From contig JBFFWN010000001.1 in assembly GCA_041570235.1 (NCBI GenBank), positions 1-49,397 of the forward strand: a DNA stretch of 49,397 bases. The letters are read 5' to 3'. This document shows positions 19,795-30,397 of this stretch, piece after piece. The stretch comes from Lysobacterales bacterium. Its GTDB lineage: Bacteria > Pseudomonadota > Gammaproteobacteria > Xanthomonadales > SZUA-36. Both the position numbers and the translations under genes were made by a program. The first letter of the stretch is position 1, and each line of letters starts with the position of its first letter. Under the pieces are notes generated by a model, which was not told where the DNA came from, made no database searches, and was given only the letters and a program-made list of their open reading frames with translations.

Positions 19795-20699
19795 TGACCG
19801 GCCAGGTCGACCCAAAGCTCGACCGTGGCGGGGTAATCGCGGCGTTGTGCGCCTTTGGGTTTTGGGGACTGGTGCCCATTTACTACAAGGGGCTGCAGAC
19901 GGTGGGGGCCTGGGAGGTACTGGCTCACCGGGTAATCTGGTCGGTGCCGCTGCTGCTGCTTTTCCTGGCGATCCGGGATGGCAGGCAGGTATGGAAAAGA
20001 CTGCGCCTGCCGCCATCCAGCATCGCCTGGTTGATTCTGTCCGGGGCCGTTGTTTCGCTTAACTGGCTGGTTTTTGTCTGGGCGGTTGCCAATGAACACG
20101 TGCTGGATACCAGTCTTGGTTATTTTGGAACACCGCTGGTCAACGTGGTGCTCGGCTATATCTTTCTGAAAGAACGCCTCAATTCCATTCAACTGATTGC
20201 AGTGATCGTGGCAGCCATTGGAACAGTTTATCTCGGTTGGTACCTGGGCCGGCCACCATGGATAGCAATGACACTGGCAGTTTCATTCGGTATTTATGGG
20301 TTATTGAGAAAACGCCTTCCCGTCGGCCCGATGCTGGGTTTGTTATGGGAGGTCTCACTGATGCTGGTGCCCGCACTGATCTATCTGATCTGGCTTTCCA
20401 TGCAGTCGGATTTACAGTTTATGCAACAATCCCTGCGTGTCGACATGTTGCTGATCGGCTCCAGCGTGGTCACGGTATTGCCGCTGATCTGGTTTAACAT
20501 GGCTGCCCAGAAACTTCCTCTGAGCATCCTGGGCTTTTTCCAGTACATAGCGCCAAGCATGAGTTTTCTGATTGCTGTTTTTCTGTTCAACGAGCAGTTT
20601 ACAGCCGGGCATGCCGTGGCCTTTGCTTGCATCTGGTTGGGCCTGGCGCTGGTTTCGATAGAGCCATTCCAACGCGCGAGGAGACGTTTGCGTGGCTGA
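19794..20699 (+). CDS. rarD: EamA/RarD-family transporter
   Basis: 301 aa with 10 predicted TM helices and RarD-like N-terminal sequence (G...A..AF..WG..PIYYK). It overlaps the aspS stop by 1 nt. Confidence 0.8.
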   Translation: MTGQVDPKLDRGGVIAALCAFGFWGLVPIYYKGLQTVGAWEVLAHRVIWSVPLLLLFLAIRDGRQVWKRLRLPPSSIAWLILSGAVVSLNWLVFVWAVANEHVLDTSLGYFGTPLVNVVLGYIFLKERLNSIQLIAVIVAAIGTVYLGWYLGRPPWIAMTLAVSFGIYGLLRKRLPVGPMLGLLWEVSLMLVPALIYLIWLSMQSDLQFMQQSLRVDMLLIGSSVVTVLPLIWFNMAAQKLPLSILGFFQYIAPSMSFLIAVFLFNEQFTAGHAVAFACIWLGLALVSIEPFQRARRRLRG

Positions 20700-21324
20700 T
20701 ATCGTGTTGGTGCATGGTTTATGGAATCGTGGCTGGTCGATGACTGCGATGGCCATGCGGTTGCGGTCGCGCGGTTACACGGTAATGGTGTTCAGCTACC
20801 CGACACGCAATGACAGCCTTGATGGACACGCAGACGCACTGCACAAATTTATCAATGAAAACCGGATAAACCGTTCAGGCTCGTCTGATCTGCACCTGGT
20901 CGGGCACAGCCTGGGAGGGCTGGTGATACTGAACATGGTTGCACGTTACGCGGACCTCCCAAAGGGCAGGATCGTATTGATGGGCTCGCCGGTTAAAGGT
21001 GCTTCAGTGGTTAAGCGACTGGAAAACCTGCCTGCTCAGAAATTTCTTTTTGGTGAGATAAAGGATGGCTTGTTAACGGGTTTTGAGCATACACCAAATG
21101 GGCGTGAAACCGGGGTGATCAGCGGCACACGCTCATTCGGGTTTGGCAAGGTAGCGGGCGATCCGGGCGAGCCAAATGATGGTAGTGTGACGGTCACGGA
21201 AACCCAGCTGGATGGTTTGAGTGACCAGGTTCAATTGCAGGTATCACATACGGAAATGCTGATTTCATCCGAGGTTGCGGCACAGGTTGACCACTTTTTG
21301 GCTCATGGGAAGTTCGAAAAGTAG
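20692..21324 (+). CDS. Alpha/beta hydrolase (lipase/esterase-like)
   Basis: 210 aa with VLVHGLW at the N-terminus and the nucleophile elbow GHSLGG. GTG start. Confidence 0.75.
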   Translation: MADIVLVHGLWNRGWSMTAMAMRLRSRGYTVMVFSYPTRNDSLDGHADALHKFINENRINRSGSSDLHLVGHSLGGLVILNMVARYADLPKGRIVLMGSPVKGASVVKRLENLPAQKFLFGEIKDGLLTGFEHTPNGRETGVISGTRSFGFGKVAGDPGEPNDGSVTVTETQLDGLSDQVQLQVSHTEMLISSEVAAQVDHFLAHGKFEK

Positions 21325-21445
21325 CAGGTGTCAGCCATCAATTACGGGAAATGGCTTGTCATAGCCCGTTTTTTGCCCCCGGTTTGGCAGGGTTTCGTGA
21401 TAAAATTCGAAAAATTTCATATTAGATTATCAAGGTGCAGAGTTT

Positions 21446-22183
21446 ATGGCAGGTCATTCCAAGTGGGCGAATATTCAACACCGCAAGAAAGCGGTAGACG
21501 CCAAACGCGGTAAGATATTTACCCAGGTTAACAGGCTGTTGACCGTCGCAGCAAAAGCAGGTGGTGGCGATCCGGATTCCAATCCGGCACTTCGCCTGGC
21601 AATTGACAAGGCCAATGCGGCCAATATGCCAAAAGACAACATTGAGCGCGCCATCAAAAAGGCCACGGGTGATCTTGATGGTGTTACCTATGAAGAACTC
21701 AGGTATGAGGGCTATGCCCCGGGCGGCGTTGCCGTGATGGTCGACTGTCTTACGGATAACCGCAACCGCACGGTTGCCGAAGTCAGGCACGCGTTCTCCA
21801 AGCATGGCGGAAACCTGGGTACAGACGGCTCGGTATCGTACCTGTTCACCAAGATAGGTGTTTTGAATTTCGCACCGGGAACCTCCGAAGAGGAGGTAAT
21901 GGAAGCTGCACTGGAGGCGGGCGCCGATGATGTTGTCACGGCGGATGACGGGTCTATCGAGGTTGTAACGACACCCGAAGCCTACGATGATGTGAAAAAG
22001 GCGATGAGAGCCGCGGGTCTCGAGCCGGAAAATTCCGAGATCACCATGCGCGCGAGTTTAGAAGTTGAGCTGGATGTGGAAAGCGGTGAAAAAGTACTGC
22101 GATTCCTGGACGCACTGGAAGACCTGGATGATACCCAGGACGTCTATTCCAACGCTGATATCCCCGAAGAGTCATACAACTGA
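21446..22183 (+). CDS. yebC: YebC/PmpR-family transcriptional regulator
   Basis: The [14 protein letters not shown] start and 245-aa length are canonical, as is its position upstream of ruvC. Confidence 0.93.
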   Translation: MAGHSKWANIQHRKKAVDAKRGKIFTQVNRLLTVAAKAGGGDPDSNPALRLAIDKANAANMPKDNIERAIKKATGDLDGVTYEELRYEGYAPGGVAVMVDCLTDNRNRTVAEVRHAFSKHGGNLGTDGSVSYLFTKIGVLNFAPGTSEEEVMEAALEAGADDVVTADDGSIEVVTTPEAYDDVKKAMRAAGLEPENSEITMRASLEVELDVESGEKVLRFLDALEDLDDTQDVYSNADIPEESYN

Positions 22184-22197
22184 AAAACTTACGCATA

Positions 22198-22689
22198 TTG
22201 GGAGTTGATCCGGGATCAAGAAAAACCGGCGTAGGCATCATCGAAATCAATGGTGATCGTGTAAAGCCGGTTTATTTTGACGCCATCAATGCCGGAACCG
22301 GTGAGTTTACCGAACGTCTTGGTACGATTTTCACCGAGTTGCGGGAATTGATCAGGGAATACCAGCCACACCAGGCGGCCATTGAAACCGTGTTTGTGGC
22401 GCATAATGCTGCATCGGCCATCAAGCTCGGGCAGGCGCGTGGCGCAGCGGTCTGCGCGGCGATTTCCTGTGAGATTCCGGTGGCAGAGTATAGTCCGCGC
22501 TCGGTCAAGCAGGCCATCGTGGGACGTGGTGCGGCAGACAAAACACAGGTTCAACACATGGTAGGTTTACTGTTGGGGATCCAGGGTCCGATTCAAAACG
22601 ATGCAGCCGATGCCCTGGCCGTCGCGCTTTGTCATCAGCACACTTCGCAAACCCTGGCGCGGATGAAAACCATGGCAGGGCAGCAATAA
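22198..22689 (+). CDS. ruvC: Crossover junction endodeoxyribonuclease RuvC
   Basis: ILGVDPGSRKTGVGIIE plus later catalytic acidic residues. Only a TTG at 22198 is an obvious start. In-frame upstream codons (CTG 22180 ... LKNLRIL) would give a more conventional N-terminus, so the start is uncertain. Confidence 0.88.
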   Translation: MGVDPGSRKTGVGIIEINGDRVKPVYFDAINAGTGEFTERLGTIFTELRELIREYQPHQAAIETVFVAHNAASAIKLGQARGAAVCAAISCEIPVAEYSPRSVKQAIVGRGAADKTQVQHMVGLLLGIQGPIQNDAADALAVALCHQHTSQTLARMKTMAGQQ

Positions 22690-23294
22690 TGATTGCACGT
22701 TTATCAGGAATACTGCTGGAAAAGAGTCCGCCTTTGCTGGTGATAGATGTCAATGGCGTGGGTTACGAGATCGAAGCCCCTTCGGGTTTGTTTTCGGAGT
22801 TGCCCGAGAACGGAAAACAGGTGGCAGTGATCATCCATCATCATTTTTCACAGGACAGCCAAACACTATTTGGTTTTTCTTCACTGGGTGAGCGTGAGTT
22901 ATTCCGCAAATTACTTAAAATCAGTGGCATTGGCGCCAAGATGGCACTGAATATTCTATCCGGCGCCAACGGCGAAGAGCTGGCCCGCTATGTTTCCATG
23001 GGTGATGTGGCTTCATTGACCCGTCTGCCGGGTATTGGCAAGAAGACCGCTGAGCGTATTATCATGGAGTTGCGTGATAAGCTGGACGGATTGACCATGG
23101 CCGGGGGTGCATCGATCCGCGGCGCGGTCCCGGCCAGCAACGACCCGGCCACAGAAGCGGCGTTTGCACTGGCGTCATTGGGTTACAAACCGGCCGAAGT
23201 CAGTCGCATGGTCAGCGCGGTGGCCGAATCCGGCATGGATGCTGAAGAGATTATCCGTAAAGCACTACAGACCAGGGTAAAGCCGAATGGTTGA
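22689..23294 (+). CDS. ruvA: Holliday junction DNA helicase subunit RuvA
   Basis: [31 protein letters not shown] from the ATG at 22689, which overlaps the ruvC stop. The HhH motifs L..I.GIG.K.A and [12 protein letters not shown] are present. Confidence 0.92.
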   Translation: MIARLSGILLEKSPPLLVIDVNGVGYEIEAPSGLFSELPENGKQVAVIIHHHFSQDSQTLFGFSSLGERELFRKLLKISGIGAKMALNILSGANGEELARYVSMGDVASLTRLPGIGKKTAERIIMELRDKLDGLTMAGGASIRGAVPASNDPATEAAFALASLGYKPAEVSRMVSAVAESGMDAEEIIRKALQTRVKPNG

Positions 23295-24333
23295 TACAAA
23301 CGAACGCATTGTCACCCCCCTGGATACGCCTTCCGACAAGGCATTGGATGTTACCCTGCGCCCCAGGACGATGGATGAATACATCGGTCAGGAAGCCATG
23401 CGGGAAAAGCTGAGCATCTTCCTCGAAGCCGCACGCCGTCGACAGGAGGCCCTGGATCACGTATTGATATTTGGGCCGCCGGGGCTTGGCAAGACCACCC
23501 TGGCCCATGTGATCGCCAATGAAATGGGTGTCAGTCTGCGCCAGACATCGGGTCCGGTACTGGAACGCGCCGGTGATCTTGCCGCTTTGCTGACCAATCT
23601 GCAGCCGGGTGATGTGTTGTTCGTCGACGAGATACACCGACTGTCACCGGTGGTGGAAGAGGTTCTGTATCCTGCACTGGAGGATTTCCAGCTGGATATC
23701 ATGATCGGAGAGGGGCCTGCGGCCAGGTCTATCAAGATCGACCTGCCGCGCTTCACGCTGGTTGGTGCAACCACCCGGGCGGGTCTTCTGACATCACCAT
23801 TACGCGACCGTTTTGGTATTGTCGAGCGTCTAGAGTTTTATAGCCCGAAAGAATTGCAGCAGATCGTCAGGCGCTCTGCCGGTATCTTGAATATTCCCTG
23901 CGATGATGATGGCTCAATGGGTATTGCCAGTCGCTCACGTGGAACACCGCGTATCGCCAATCGTCTGTTGCGCCGGGTGCGTGATTTTGCCGAGGTCCGT
24001 GGCGATGGCCTGATCAATGCGAAAATCGCTTTGGGTGCGATGGAGATGCTGAAAGTGGATGCCAGTGGTTTCGATACCATGGACCGGCGGCTGCTCATGT
24101 TGATCATCGAAAATTTCGATGGTGGGCCGGTTGGTATCGACAGTATCGCCGCTGCACTGTCTGAAGAGCGCGGCACAGTGGAAGATGTGCTTGAGCCATT
24201 CCTGATACAGCAGGGTTATATCACCCGCACCTCGAGGGGGCGCATGGTAACGGCCAAGGCTTACCAGCATTTTGGACTGGAACAGGCGCACGGTAAAAAT
24301 AGTGGTGAAGTGGATTTATTTTCTGGTAAGTAA
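23287..24333 (+). CDS. ruvB: Holliday junction DNA helicase RuvB
   Basis: [11 protein letters not shown], Walker [12 protein letters not shown], Walker [10 protein letters not shown] and [10 protein letters not shown]. Confidence 0.95.
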   Translation: MVDTNERIVTPLDTPSDKALDVTLRPRTMDEYIGQEAMREKLSIFLEAARRRQEALDHVLIFGPPGLGKTTLAHVIANEMGVSLRQTSGPVLERAGDLAALLTNLQPGDVLFVDEIHRLSPVVEEVLYPALEDFQLDIMIGEGPAARSIKIDLPRFTLVGATTRAGLLTSPLRDRFGIVERLEFYSPKELQQIVRRSAGILNIPCDDDGSMGIASRSRGTPRIANRLLRRVRDFAEVRGDGLINAKIALGAMEMLKVDASGFDTMDRRLLMLIIENFDGGPVGIDSIAAALSEERGTVEDVLEPFLIQQGYITRTSRGRMVTAKAYQHFGLEQAHGKNSGEVDLFSGK

Positions 24334-24402
24334 CCCCATTTTGAGTTTTCCATCGTATTCATTGGTAATTCCGATGAATTTTCAGTTTATTTAGAACCAA
24401 AT

Positions 24403-24834
24403 ATGAAACCTTTTGTCTGGAAAGTAAGAGTTTATTGGGAAGATACCGATGCCGGCGGGGTGGTCTATCACTCGCGGTATTTGAATTTTTTCGAAAGGGC
24501 CCGCACCGAATGGTTGCGAGCCAGGGGCGTACACCAGGCGAAACTGGCAGAAGAAGAAAACGTACTGTTCGCCATCCGCCACATGGATATCGATTTTATC
24601 GATGCCGCCCGGCTTGACGATGAACTGGAGGTGACGGTTCACTCGGTGGACAGCACCGGTGTGAGAATGACCTTCAGCCAGGATATGACGCGTTGCCTGG
24701 ATGGGCAGCCCGTGGCGACAGCCAGATTGACGGCTGTTTGTCTGAAAGCAGACAGCTTCAAACCAACCCGCATGCCCAAATGGATCAGGGCGGAGACCAC
24801 GAAAGTGTTAAGAGGACCTGACAATGCAAAATGA
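24403..24834 (+). CDS. ybgC: Tol-Pal-associated acyl-CoA thioesterase YbgC
   Basis: The hotdog-fold signature VRVYWEDTDAGGVVYHSRYLNFFERARTEWLR, immediately upstream of tolQ. Confidence 0.88.
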   Translation: MKPFVWKVRVYWEDTDAGGVVYHSRYLNFFERARTEWLRARGVHQAKLAEEENVLFAIRHMDIDFIDAARLDDELEVTVHSVDSTGVRMTFSQDMTRCLDGQPVATARLTAVCLKADSFKPTRMPKWIRAETTKVLRGPDNAK

Positions 24835-25507
24835 CTTAGAAATCTGGCAGCTGATACTTCAAGCCAGCTGGATGGTGAAAATGGTGATGCTGATACTGCT
24901 GGCAGCGTCAGTTTCATCCTGGATGATAATTTTCCGCAAACGCATGGCGCTGGGCGCTGCGGAGAAGGGGGCCAACGCCTTCGAGGAAAAATTCTGGTCG
25001 GGCACCGATCTCACGCAGTTATACGAAACCTCCAGCCGCAATAGCACGGGCGAAGGTCTTGAGCAGATCTTTGAGTCCGGTTTCAAAGAATTTACACGGA
25101 TGCGGGAACAGGGTCGAATGACGCCCGCTGTGCTGGTTGAGGCTGCCCAGCGCGGGATGCGTATCGCCCTGGTGCGTGAAACCGACCGGCTTGAAAACCA
25201 CTTGAGCTACCTGGCCACCGTTGGTTCCACCAGCCCGTATATCGGTCTTTTTGGAACGGTATGGGGCATCATGACCTCGTTCCATCAACTGGCCAACGTT
25301 AACCAGGCCACTATCGCCATGGTTGCACCCGGTATTTCAGAGGCATTGATCGCTACCGCTATGGGGCTGTTTGCCGCCATTCCTGCGGTAATCGCGTACA
25401 ACCGCTTTTCTAACCAGACAGAGCGTCTGGAGACCCGCTACGAAAATTTCACCGAGGAGTTTTCCAGTATCCTGCAACGCCAGGCCCACGCGCTGGTGGA
25501 AAGGTAA
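24824..25507 (+). CDS. tolQ: Tol-Pal system protein TolQ
   Basis: 227 aa, MotA/TolQ/ExbB family, with the motif GLFGTVWGIM.SF and position in the tol operon. Confidence 0.92.
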   Translation: MQNDLEIWQLILQASWMVKMVMLILLAASVSSWMIIFRKRMALGAAEKGANAFEEKFWSGTDLTQLYETSSRNSTGEGLEQIFESGFKEFTRMREQGRMTPAVLVEAAQRGMRIALVRETDRLENHLSYLATVGSTSPYIGLFGTVWGIMTSFHQLANVNQATIAMVAPGISEALIATAMGLFAAIPAVIAYNRFSNQTERLETRYENFTEEFSSILQRQAHALVER

Positions 25508-25520
25508 GGCTGGGTCGAGC

Positions 25521-25982
25521 ATGCAAGCAAAACGCAACAAACGCCGCCCAATGGCGGATATTAACGTCGTTCCATATATCGACGTGATGTTGGTGTTGCT
25601 GGTGATTTTCATGATTACCGCGCCGCTGCTGAACCTGGGTGTCGAAGTAGACCTGCCCAAGGCCGATGCCGAGCCACTGGAAAGCCAGCAAAACGAGGAA
25701 CCGATGGTGGTTACCGTGTTGAAAAACGGTGATCTCTACCTCAACGCGGGTGGCGAAGTGGATGGTGTTTCCAGCGGCCTGATCGATTCTGAATCACTGG
25801 TGACAACCGTTGCCGCCATCGTACGCAGGAACCCCGAAATCCAGGTGCTGGTCGGTGGTGATGAAGCGGTGGGTTACGGGCATATCTATGCTGCCATGGT
25901 GTTACTGCAAAAAGCCGGTGTAACGAAGGTGGGGCTGATGAGCGACCCGCTGGAATCCATCGAGGGCCAGGGCGGGGGCTGA
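25521..25982 (+). CDS. tolR: Tol-Pal system protein TolR
   Basis: INVVPYIDVMLVLLVIFMITAP is the ExbD/TolR TM signature with the conserved Asp. Confidence 0.9.
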   Translation: MQAKRNKRRPMADINVVPYIDVMLVLLVIFMITAPLLNLGVEVDLPKADAEPLESQQNEEPMVVTVLKNGDLYLNAGGEVDGVSSGLIDSESLVTTVAAIVRRNPEIQVLVGGDEAVGYGHIYAAMVLLQKAGVTKVGLMSDPLESIEGQGGG

Positions 25983-25989
25983 TCACGGT

Positions 25990-26877
25990 ATGCAGGAGCT
26001 GTGGGCGCAAACCAAAGCATTTGTCCTGGCCGTTGCCGTCCATGTTCTAATGGCCGGCCTGGTGGTGATTGGCACCATGAACTGGAAGCCTTTCAAACCA
26101 CCGGCACTGACAGGCATGACCATTGAAGCGGTGATGGTTGACACTGGCGCAATTAAGAAGCGCCGCGAGGAAGCCAGGCAGGAAGCCGAGCGTGCGGTCC
26201 AGCAAAAAATCGAGAAAGAACGCCGCGAGAGAGAATTACAGGAACGGCGTGAACGCCTGGAGCGTGAAAAGGCCGCCGAGGCTGAAGCGGAAAGAAAACG
26301 CCGGTTGGAACAGGCTGAGAAAAAACGCGAGGAAGATTTACGCTTGCAGCAGTTACGTGCGAAGCAGGAAAAGGATCGCAAGGAGCGTCTGGAGAAGCAA
26401 CAGCAGGAACTGGAAGAGCTGAGACGTAAGCGCGAAGAAGCGACGAAACAGCGTAAGCTTGAAGAGGAGCGCATGAAGCAACTGGATGCACGCAGACAGG
26501 CGGAAGCTGAAAAACAACGCCAGGCTTTGGCCGAGGCTGATTTACAAAAACAGATGGCCAATGAGCAGGCGGAGTTCAGGGCAGGTCAGTTGGCAACCAA
26601 GGGTGATGAGTACTACGCAGCCATCCAATCCCAGGTAACCAATAACTGGTTACGTCCGCCAACAACACGGCCGGGCTTGAGATGCCGGCTAAAAATTGTT
26701 CAGATACCGGGTGGTGAGGTTATATCAGCCGTGATTGCCGGGTCCTGTAACGCGGACGAGGCAACGCGCAGGTCGTTGATTGCTGCAGTAGAACGCGTCG
26801 GCACTTTGCCTTACCGTGGTTTTGAAGAAGTATTTCAACGCGATATCGACTTTATATTTACCTATGATGAAAACTAA
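25990..26877 (+). CDS. tolA: Tol-Pal system protein TolA
   Basis: N-terminal TM anchor, a long E/K/R/A-rich helical domain II (about 26150-26560), and a C-terminal TolA domain III (Y...I...V..NW..P). Confidence 0.85.
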   Translation: MQELWAQTKAFVLAVAVHVLMAGLVVIGTMNWKPFKPPALTGMTIEAVMVDTGAIKKRREEARQEAERAVQQKIEKERRERELQERRERLEREKAAEAEAERKRRLEQAEKKREEDLRLQQLRAKQEKDRKERLEKQQQELEELRRKREEATKQRKLEEERMKQLDARRQAEAEKQRQALAEADLQKQMANEQAEFRAGQLATKGDEYYAAIQSQVTNNWLRPPTTRPGLRCRLKIVQIPGGEVISAVIAGSCNADEATRRSLIAAVERVGTLPYRGFEEVFQRDIDFIFTYDEN

Positions 26878-26878
26878 T

Positions 26879-28174
26879 ATGATGAAGAAAATTTTATTTG
26901 CCCTGCTGTTACTGTCATTTTCTCAACTGCTGCAGGCCAAGCTGGAAATCGAAATTATCCAGGGCAATGCCAGTGCCTTGCCGATCGCCATCATTCCGAT
27001 GCAATGGCGTTCTGCGGACCCGCGCCCGCAAACCGGTGTTGCAGAGATCGTTTCAAACGATTTATACCGCACCGGGCTGTTCGAACCACTGGATGAGCGC
27101 GACATGGTGGATCGTCCCGTGGATGAGGAATCCATTCGTTTTGGAACATGGCGTCTGTTGAAAGTTGACTATGTTGTGATCGGTCATGTCAACGACGCAC
27201 CCAATGGCAGCGGTTATGACATTGTTTACCAGTTGTTTGATGTTCACACCCAGGAGCGCCTGTTATCCCAGATCACCACTGTCGGTCTTGGCGATTTGCG
27301 TTTTGGCGCGCACCGCGTCGCTGATGCCATTTATGAAAAACTGACCGGTGTGCCGGGCGCGTTTTCCACCCGTATTGCCTATATTTCGGCCATTGGTATC
27401 GGCAATGACCAGAACTTCCAGTTGTTCGTGGCCGATGCGGATGGTTTTAACCCACAAGCCGTTGTAGGTTCGCCCGAACCCCTTCTGTCGCCCTCTTGGT
27501 CGCACGATGGCACGCGCCTGGCCTACGTTTCATTTGAAAAGGGCAACTCGGCCATTTACGTACAGAATGTTTCGACGGGACAACGCGAACTGGTGTCTTC
27601 CAGCAAGGGTATCAATGGCGCGCCGTCTTTTTCGCCGGATGGCCGTTACCTGGCGATGGCGCTATCCTACTCGGGCAACCCGGAAATCTATGTTAAAGAT
27701 CTGACCACCGGCCAGAAAACGCAGCTTACACAGCACTGGTCCATCGACACCGAACCGGTTTGGTCGCCCGACAGCAAATCTATCTATTTCACCTCCGACC
27801 GTGGCGGCCGGCCACAGATTTACAAGGTCTCTGCCAGCGGTGGTAAAGCCAGCAGAATAACCCGTGAAGGTGAATATAATGCCCGTGCGAGTATTTCACC
27901 CGACGGAACCCGAATAGCTATGGCACACGGGAGGGGAAACGAGTATCGTATAGCTGTGCTGGATATGGATACAGGACGTATGCGTATCCTTACGCCGGGC
28001 GTATTGGACGAGTCGCCCAGTTTTGCACCCAATGGCAGTATGATTTTGTACGCCACCCGTGAGGGCTCCCGGGGGGTGCTTTCCGCGGTGTCTGTTGATG
28101 GGAACGTACGCCAGCGGTTAATTTTGTCTGAAGGTGACGTAAGAGAACCGGCGTGGTCTCCCGTTATCAGGTAA
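26879..28174 (+). CDS. tolB: Tol-Pal system beta-propeller protein TolB
   Basis: Signal peptide [20 protein letters not shown], followed by repeated propeller motifs (P.WSPDG..LAY.S). ATGs at 26864/26867 are alternative starts. Confidence 0.92.
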   Translation: MMKKILFALLLLSFSQLLQAKLEIEIIQGNASALPIAIIPMQWRSADPRPQTGVAEIVSNDLYRTGLFEPLDERDMVDRPVDEESIRFGTWRLLKVDYVVIGHVNDAPNGSGYDIVYQLFDVHTQERLLSQITTVGLGDLRFGAHRVADAIYEKLTGVPGAFSTRIAYISAIGIGNDQNFQLFVADADGFNPQAVVGSPEPLLSPSWSHDGTRLAYVSFEKGNSAIYVQNVSTGQRELVSSSKGINGAPSFSPDGRYLAMALSYSGNPEIYVKDLTTGQKTQLTQHWSIDTEPVWSPDSKSIYFTSDRGGRPQIYKVSASGGKASRITREGEYNARASISPDGTRIAMAHGRGNEYRIAVLDMDTGRMRILTPGVLDESPSFAPNGSMILYATREGSRGVLSAVSVDGNVRQRLILSEGDVREPAWSPVIR

Positions 28175-28230
28175 ACTAGATACTGAATTTGATATACATT
28201 TTTTAATTAATAATTTCCTGGAGGAATATA

Positions 28231-28767
28231 ATGAATATGATATGGCGCATTTTACTTGCCCTTGTGATCGCTGTGGCGGTTTCTGCATGTAAAACAACAA
28301 AACCCGCACCTGAAACCACTCCGGCCGAGACAACCACGGCTGCGCCTGTAGAGGAAGAAGTCACCACGGCCGCAGCACCGGATCCTCGTGATTACACTGA
28401 TTCCAGGAATTTTGAAAACAGTGCAAGCCTGCTGTCCAAGCGTGTGATTTATTTTGATTTCGACAAATCCGAAGTCAAATCAGAATACCGTTCCATCGTT
28501 GCAGCCCATGCGGCCTACATTGCCTCCCATGGCAGTGCACGTGTAACCCTGGAAGGACATGCGGATGAGCGTGGAACACGAGAATACAACCTCGGTCTCG
28601 GCGAGCGCCGTGGCAATGCCATATCCGGCCTGCTCTCAGCAGCGGGTGCACGCGGCGGTCAACTCGATACCGTCAGTTACGGGGAAGAGCGTCCGGTTTG
28701 TCGTGTAAGCGATGAAAATTGCTGGTGGCAGAACCGTCGCGTGGAGATTGTTTACACCGCGAGATGA
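28231..28767 (+). CDS. pal: Peptidoglycan-associated lipoprotein Pal
   Basis: Lipobox AVSAC and an OmpA-like domain (YFDFDKSEV...LEGHADERGTREYNLGLGERR...NRRVEIVY). Confidence 0.92.
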   Translation: MNMIWRILLALVIAVAVSACKTTKPAPETTPAETTTAAPVEEEVTTAAAPDPRDYTDSRNFENSASLLSKRVIYFDFDKSEVKSEYRSIVAAHAAYIASHGSARVTLEGHADERGTREYNLGLGERRGNAISGLLSAAGARGGQLDTVSYGEERPVCRVSDENCWWQNRRVEIVYTAR

Positions 28768-29633
28768 ATATGCGAGATACAAGCTTTAAAAACAGCCTGA
28801 TGGCCAGCCTCGCGCTGGCCATCGTCTTTTCGATGCCGGCATCCGCGCAGATGGATAACAGGCAGGCCATGATGGACCTGGTTTTGCAAGTACAACAGTT
28901 GCAGGATGAAGTCCGCATGTTACGGGGAATGCTGGAAGACCAGACGATGGAGCTGGAAAACCTGAGCAACCGGCAGCGTGATCAGTACCTGGATCTGGAT
29001 CAGCGGATAACCGAGCTACGTGGTACTCCTCGTGGCGCCCTGACGATCCCCCCTGCTACGATCTTTGACGGTCCTGCCATGACCCAGGGTGCTTCGGCAG
29101 CGGCCACAGAAATATCATCATCCGGGCCGCAACCTGTGATAAGCGAAGATGTTCCCGAAGTGCGTGAAGCGCTGGACACACCTTCCTCGGTCACAGGCAT
29201 CGCTTTGCCGGATGCCCAAGCCCGTGAAATGGCAGCATCACCCGAGGCAGAAAGGGCCTTGTATGACAAGGCTTTCCAGTCATTGAAAGACCTGAAATAT
29301 GCTGATGCGGCAGAACAGTTCCGGGATTTCCTGGGTGTTTATCCCAATAGCGAATACGCCGACAATGCACAGTATTGGTTGGGTGAATCCTATTATGTAA
29401 CCCGAAATTACGAAATCGCACTGGAAGCTTTCCAGGGTCTGATGAGTAATTATCCGGACAGCCCGAAAGTACCAGACGGATTACTGAAAATTGGCTACAC
29501 CCACTACGAGTTAAAGCAGTGGGACCAGGCTCGCGCAGCACTGACCCAGGTACAGGAACAATACCCTGATACCACGTCGGCGAGGTTGGCGGGAAGCCGC
29601 TTACGCAGCATGAAACTGGAAGGCCACTTCTAA
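28764..29633 (+). CDS. cpoB: Cell division coordinator CpoB (YbgF)
   Basis: The ATG at 28764 overlaps the pal stop (ATGA). The protein has a signal peptide, an N-terminal coiled coil (QVQQLQDEVRMLRG..E) and C-terminal TPR repeats (YP.S.YA..A.YWLGE..Y). Confidence 0.85.
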   Translation: MNMRDTSFKNSLMASLALAIVFSMPASAQMDNRQAMMDLVLQVQQLQDEVRMLRGMLEDQTMELENLSNRQRDQYLDLDQRITELRGTPRGALTIPPATIFDGPAMTQGASAAATEISSSGPQPVISEDVPEVREALDTPSSVTGIALPDAQAREMAASPEAERALYDKAFQSLKDLKYADAAEQFRDFLGVYPNSEYADNAQYWLGESYYVTRNYEIALEAFQGLMSNYPDSPKVPDGLLKIGYTHYELKQWDQARAALTQVQEQYPDTTSARLAGSRLRSMKLEGHF

Positions 29634-29641
29634 AAATCCTT

Positions 29642-29671
29642 ATCCCGGGCCGCACTAGCGGTACCCGGGAT
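29642..29671 (+). terminator. GC-rich hairpin after cpoB (possible terminator; no U-tract)
   Basis: ATCCCGGGCCGC-ACTA-GCGG(TA)CCCGGGAT is a 12-bp stem with a 2-nt bulge, 9 nt after the cpoB stop. No T-run follows, so its function is uncertain. Confidence 0.3.
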
Positions 29672-29721
29672 CGGGTAACGACAGCTGAGCGTTCGAAGGG
29701 ATGTTGTTTGAGAGTACCCCG

Positions 29722-30390
29722 ATGCCAAACCAAACCCCAAAATCCCGCGAGGGCATGCTTAAAATCACCGAAATATTTCACTCCCTCCAGGGTGAAGCAC
29801 GTGATGCCGGCCGTCCAACCGTTTTCATACGCCTGACCGGTTGTCCGTTGCGCTGTGTATATTGCGACAGCGAATACGCGTTTTATGGGGGTGAATGGCA
29901 ACACATCGACCAGATCATGCAAGAGGTGGCGCAATACAATACACAATATGTATGCGTTACCGGTGGTGAGCCCTTGTCACAAAAGCGCTGCCTGCAGTTG
30001 CTGGACCGTCTCTGTGATGATGGATACAGCGTTTCACTTGAGACCAGCGGCGCCATTGACGTCAGCAAGGTGAACCCTAAGGTCAGCCGCGTGGTTGATA
30101 TCAAAACGCCTGATTCAGGCGAGGTGGAGCGCAACTTGTGGGAGAACCTGGGTGTGCTCACGCGCAACGATCAACTCAAATTCGTAATCTGCTCTCGCAA
30201 CGACTACGATTGGAGTGTAGGCGAGGTTCGGTCTCGCGGGCTTGAGAAGAGCCTGGACATATTGTTTTCACCCGTTTGGGGCCAGGTGGATGCCACCGAG
30301 CTGGCCGGCTGGATATTGCAGGACCGGCTAAACGTGCGTATGCAGTTACAACTTCACAAAATTTTGTGGGGCGACGAACCGGGCAAGTGA
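29722..30390 (+). CDS. queE: 7-carboxy-7-deazaguanine synthase (radical SAM)
   Basis: ITEIFHSLQGEARDAGRPTVFIRLTGCPLRCVYCDSEYAF is the QueE CxxxCxxC cluster region. The start is ambiguous between 29701, 29722 and 29755. Confidence 0.88.
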   Translation: MPNQTPKSREGMLKITEIFHSLQGEARDAGRPTVFIRLTGCPLRCVYCDSEYAFYGGEWQHIDQIMQEVAQYNTQYVCVTGGEPLSQKRCLQLLDRLCDDGYSVSLETSGAIDVSKVNPKVSRVVDIKTPDSGEVERNLWENLGVLTRNDQLKFVICSRNDYDWSVGEVRSRGLEKSLDILFSPVWGQVDATELAGWILQDRLNVRMQLQLHKILWGDEPGK

Positions 30391-30397
30391 GGAGTAG

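Noticed and set aside
19500-20192. 230-aa minus-strand ORF spanning the aspS/rarD junction. A 262-aa ORF at 42279..43067 is antisense to the FAD oxidoreductase.
   Set aside because: There are no recognisable domains, and both overlap well-supported genes on the opposite strand.
21328-21513. 61-aa ORF between the hydrolase gene and yebC
   Set aside because: It overlaps the well-supported yebC start and has no motif. It is most likely promoter/leader DNA.
26150-26560. The repetitive E/K/R/A-rich DNA in tolA as a novel tandem repeat
   Set aside because: This is the normal low-complexity helical domain II of TolA. The periodicity is at the amino-acid composition level and not an exact DNA repeat.
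25983-26561. 192-aa ORF antisense to tolA
   Set aside because: It mirrors the E/K/R/A-rich repeat region of TolA domain II (S/R/C/F-rich translation). It is an artefact of the biased repeat composition.
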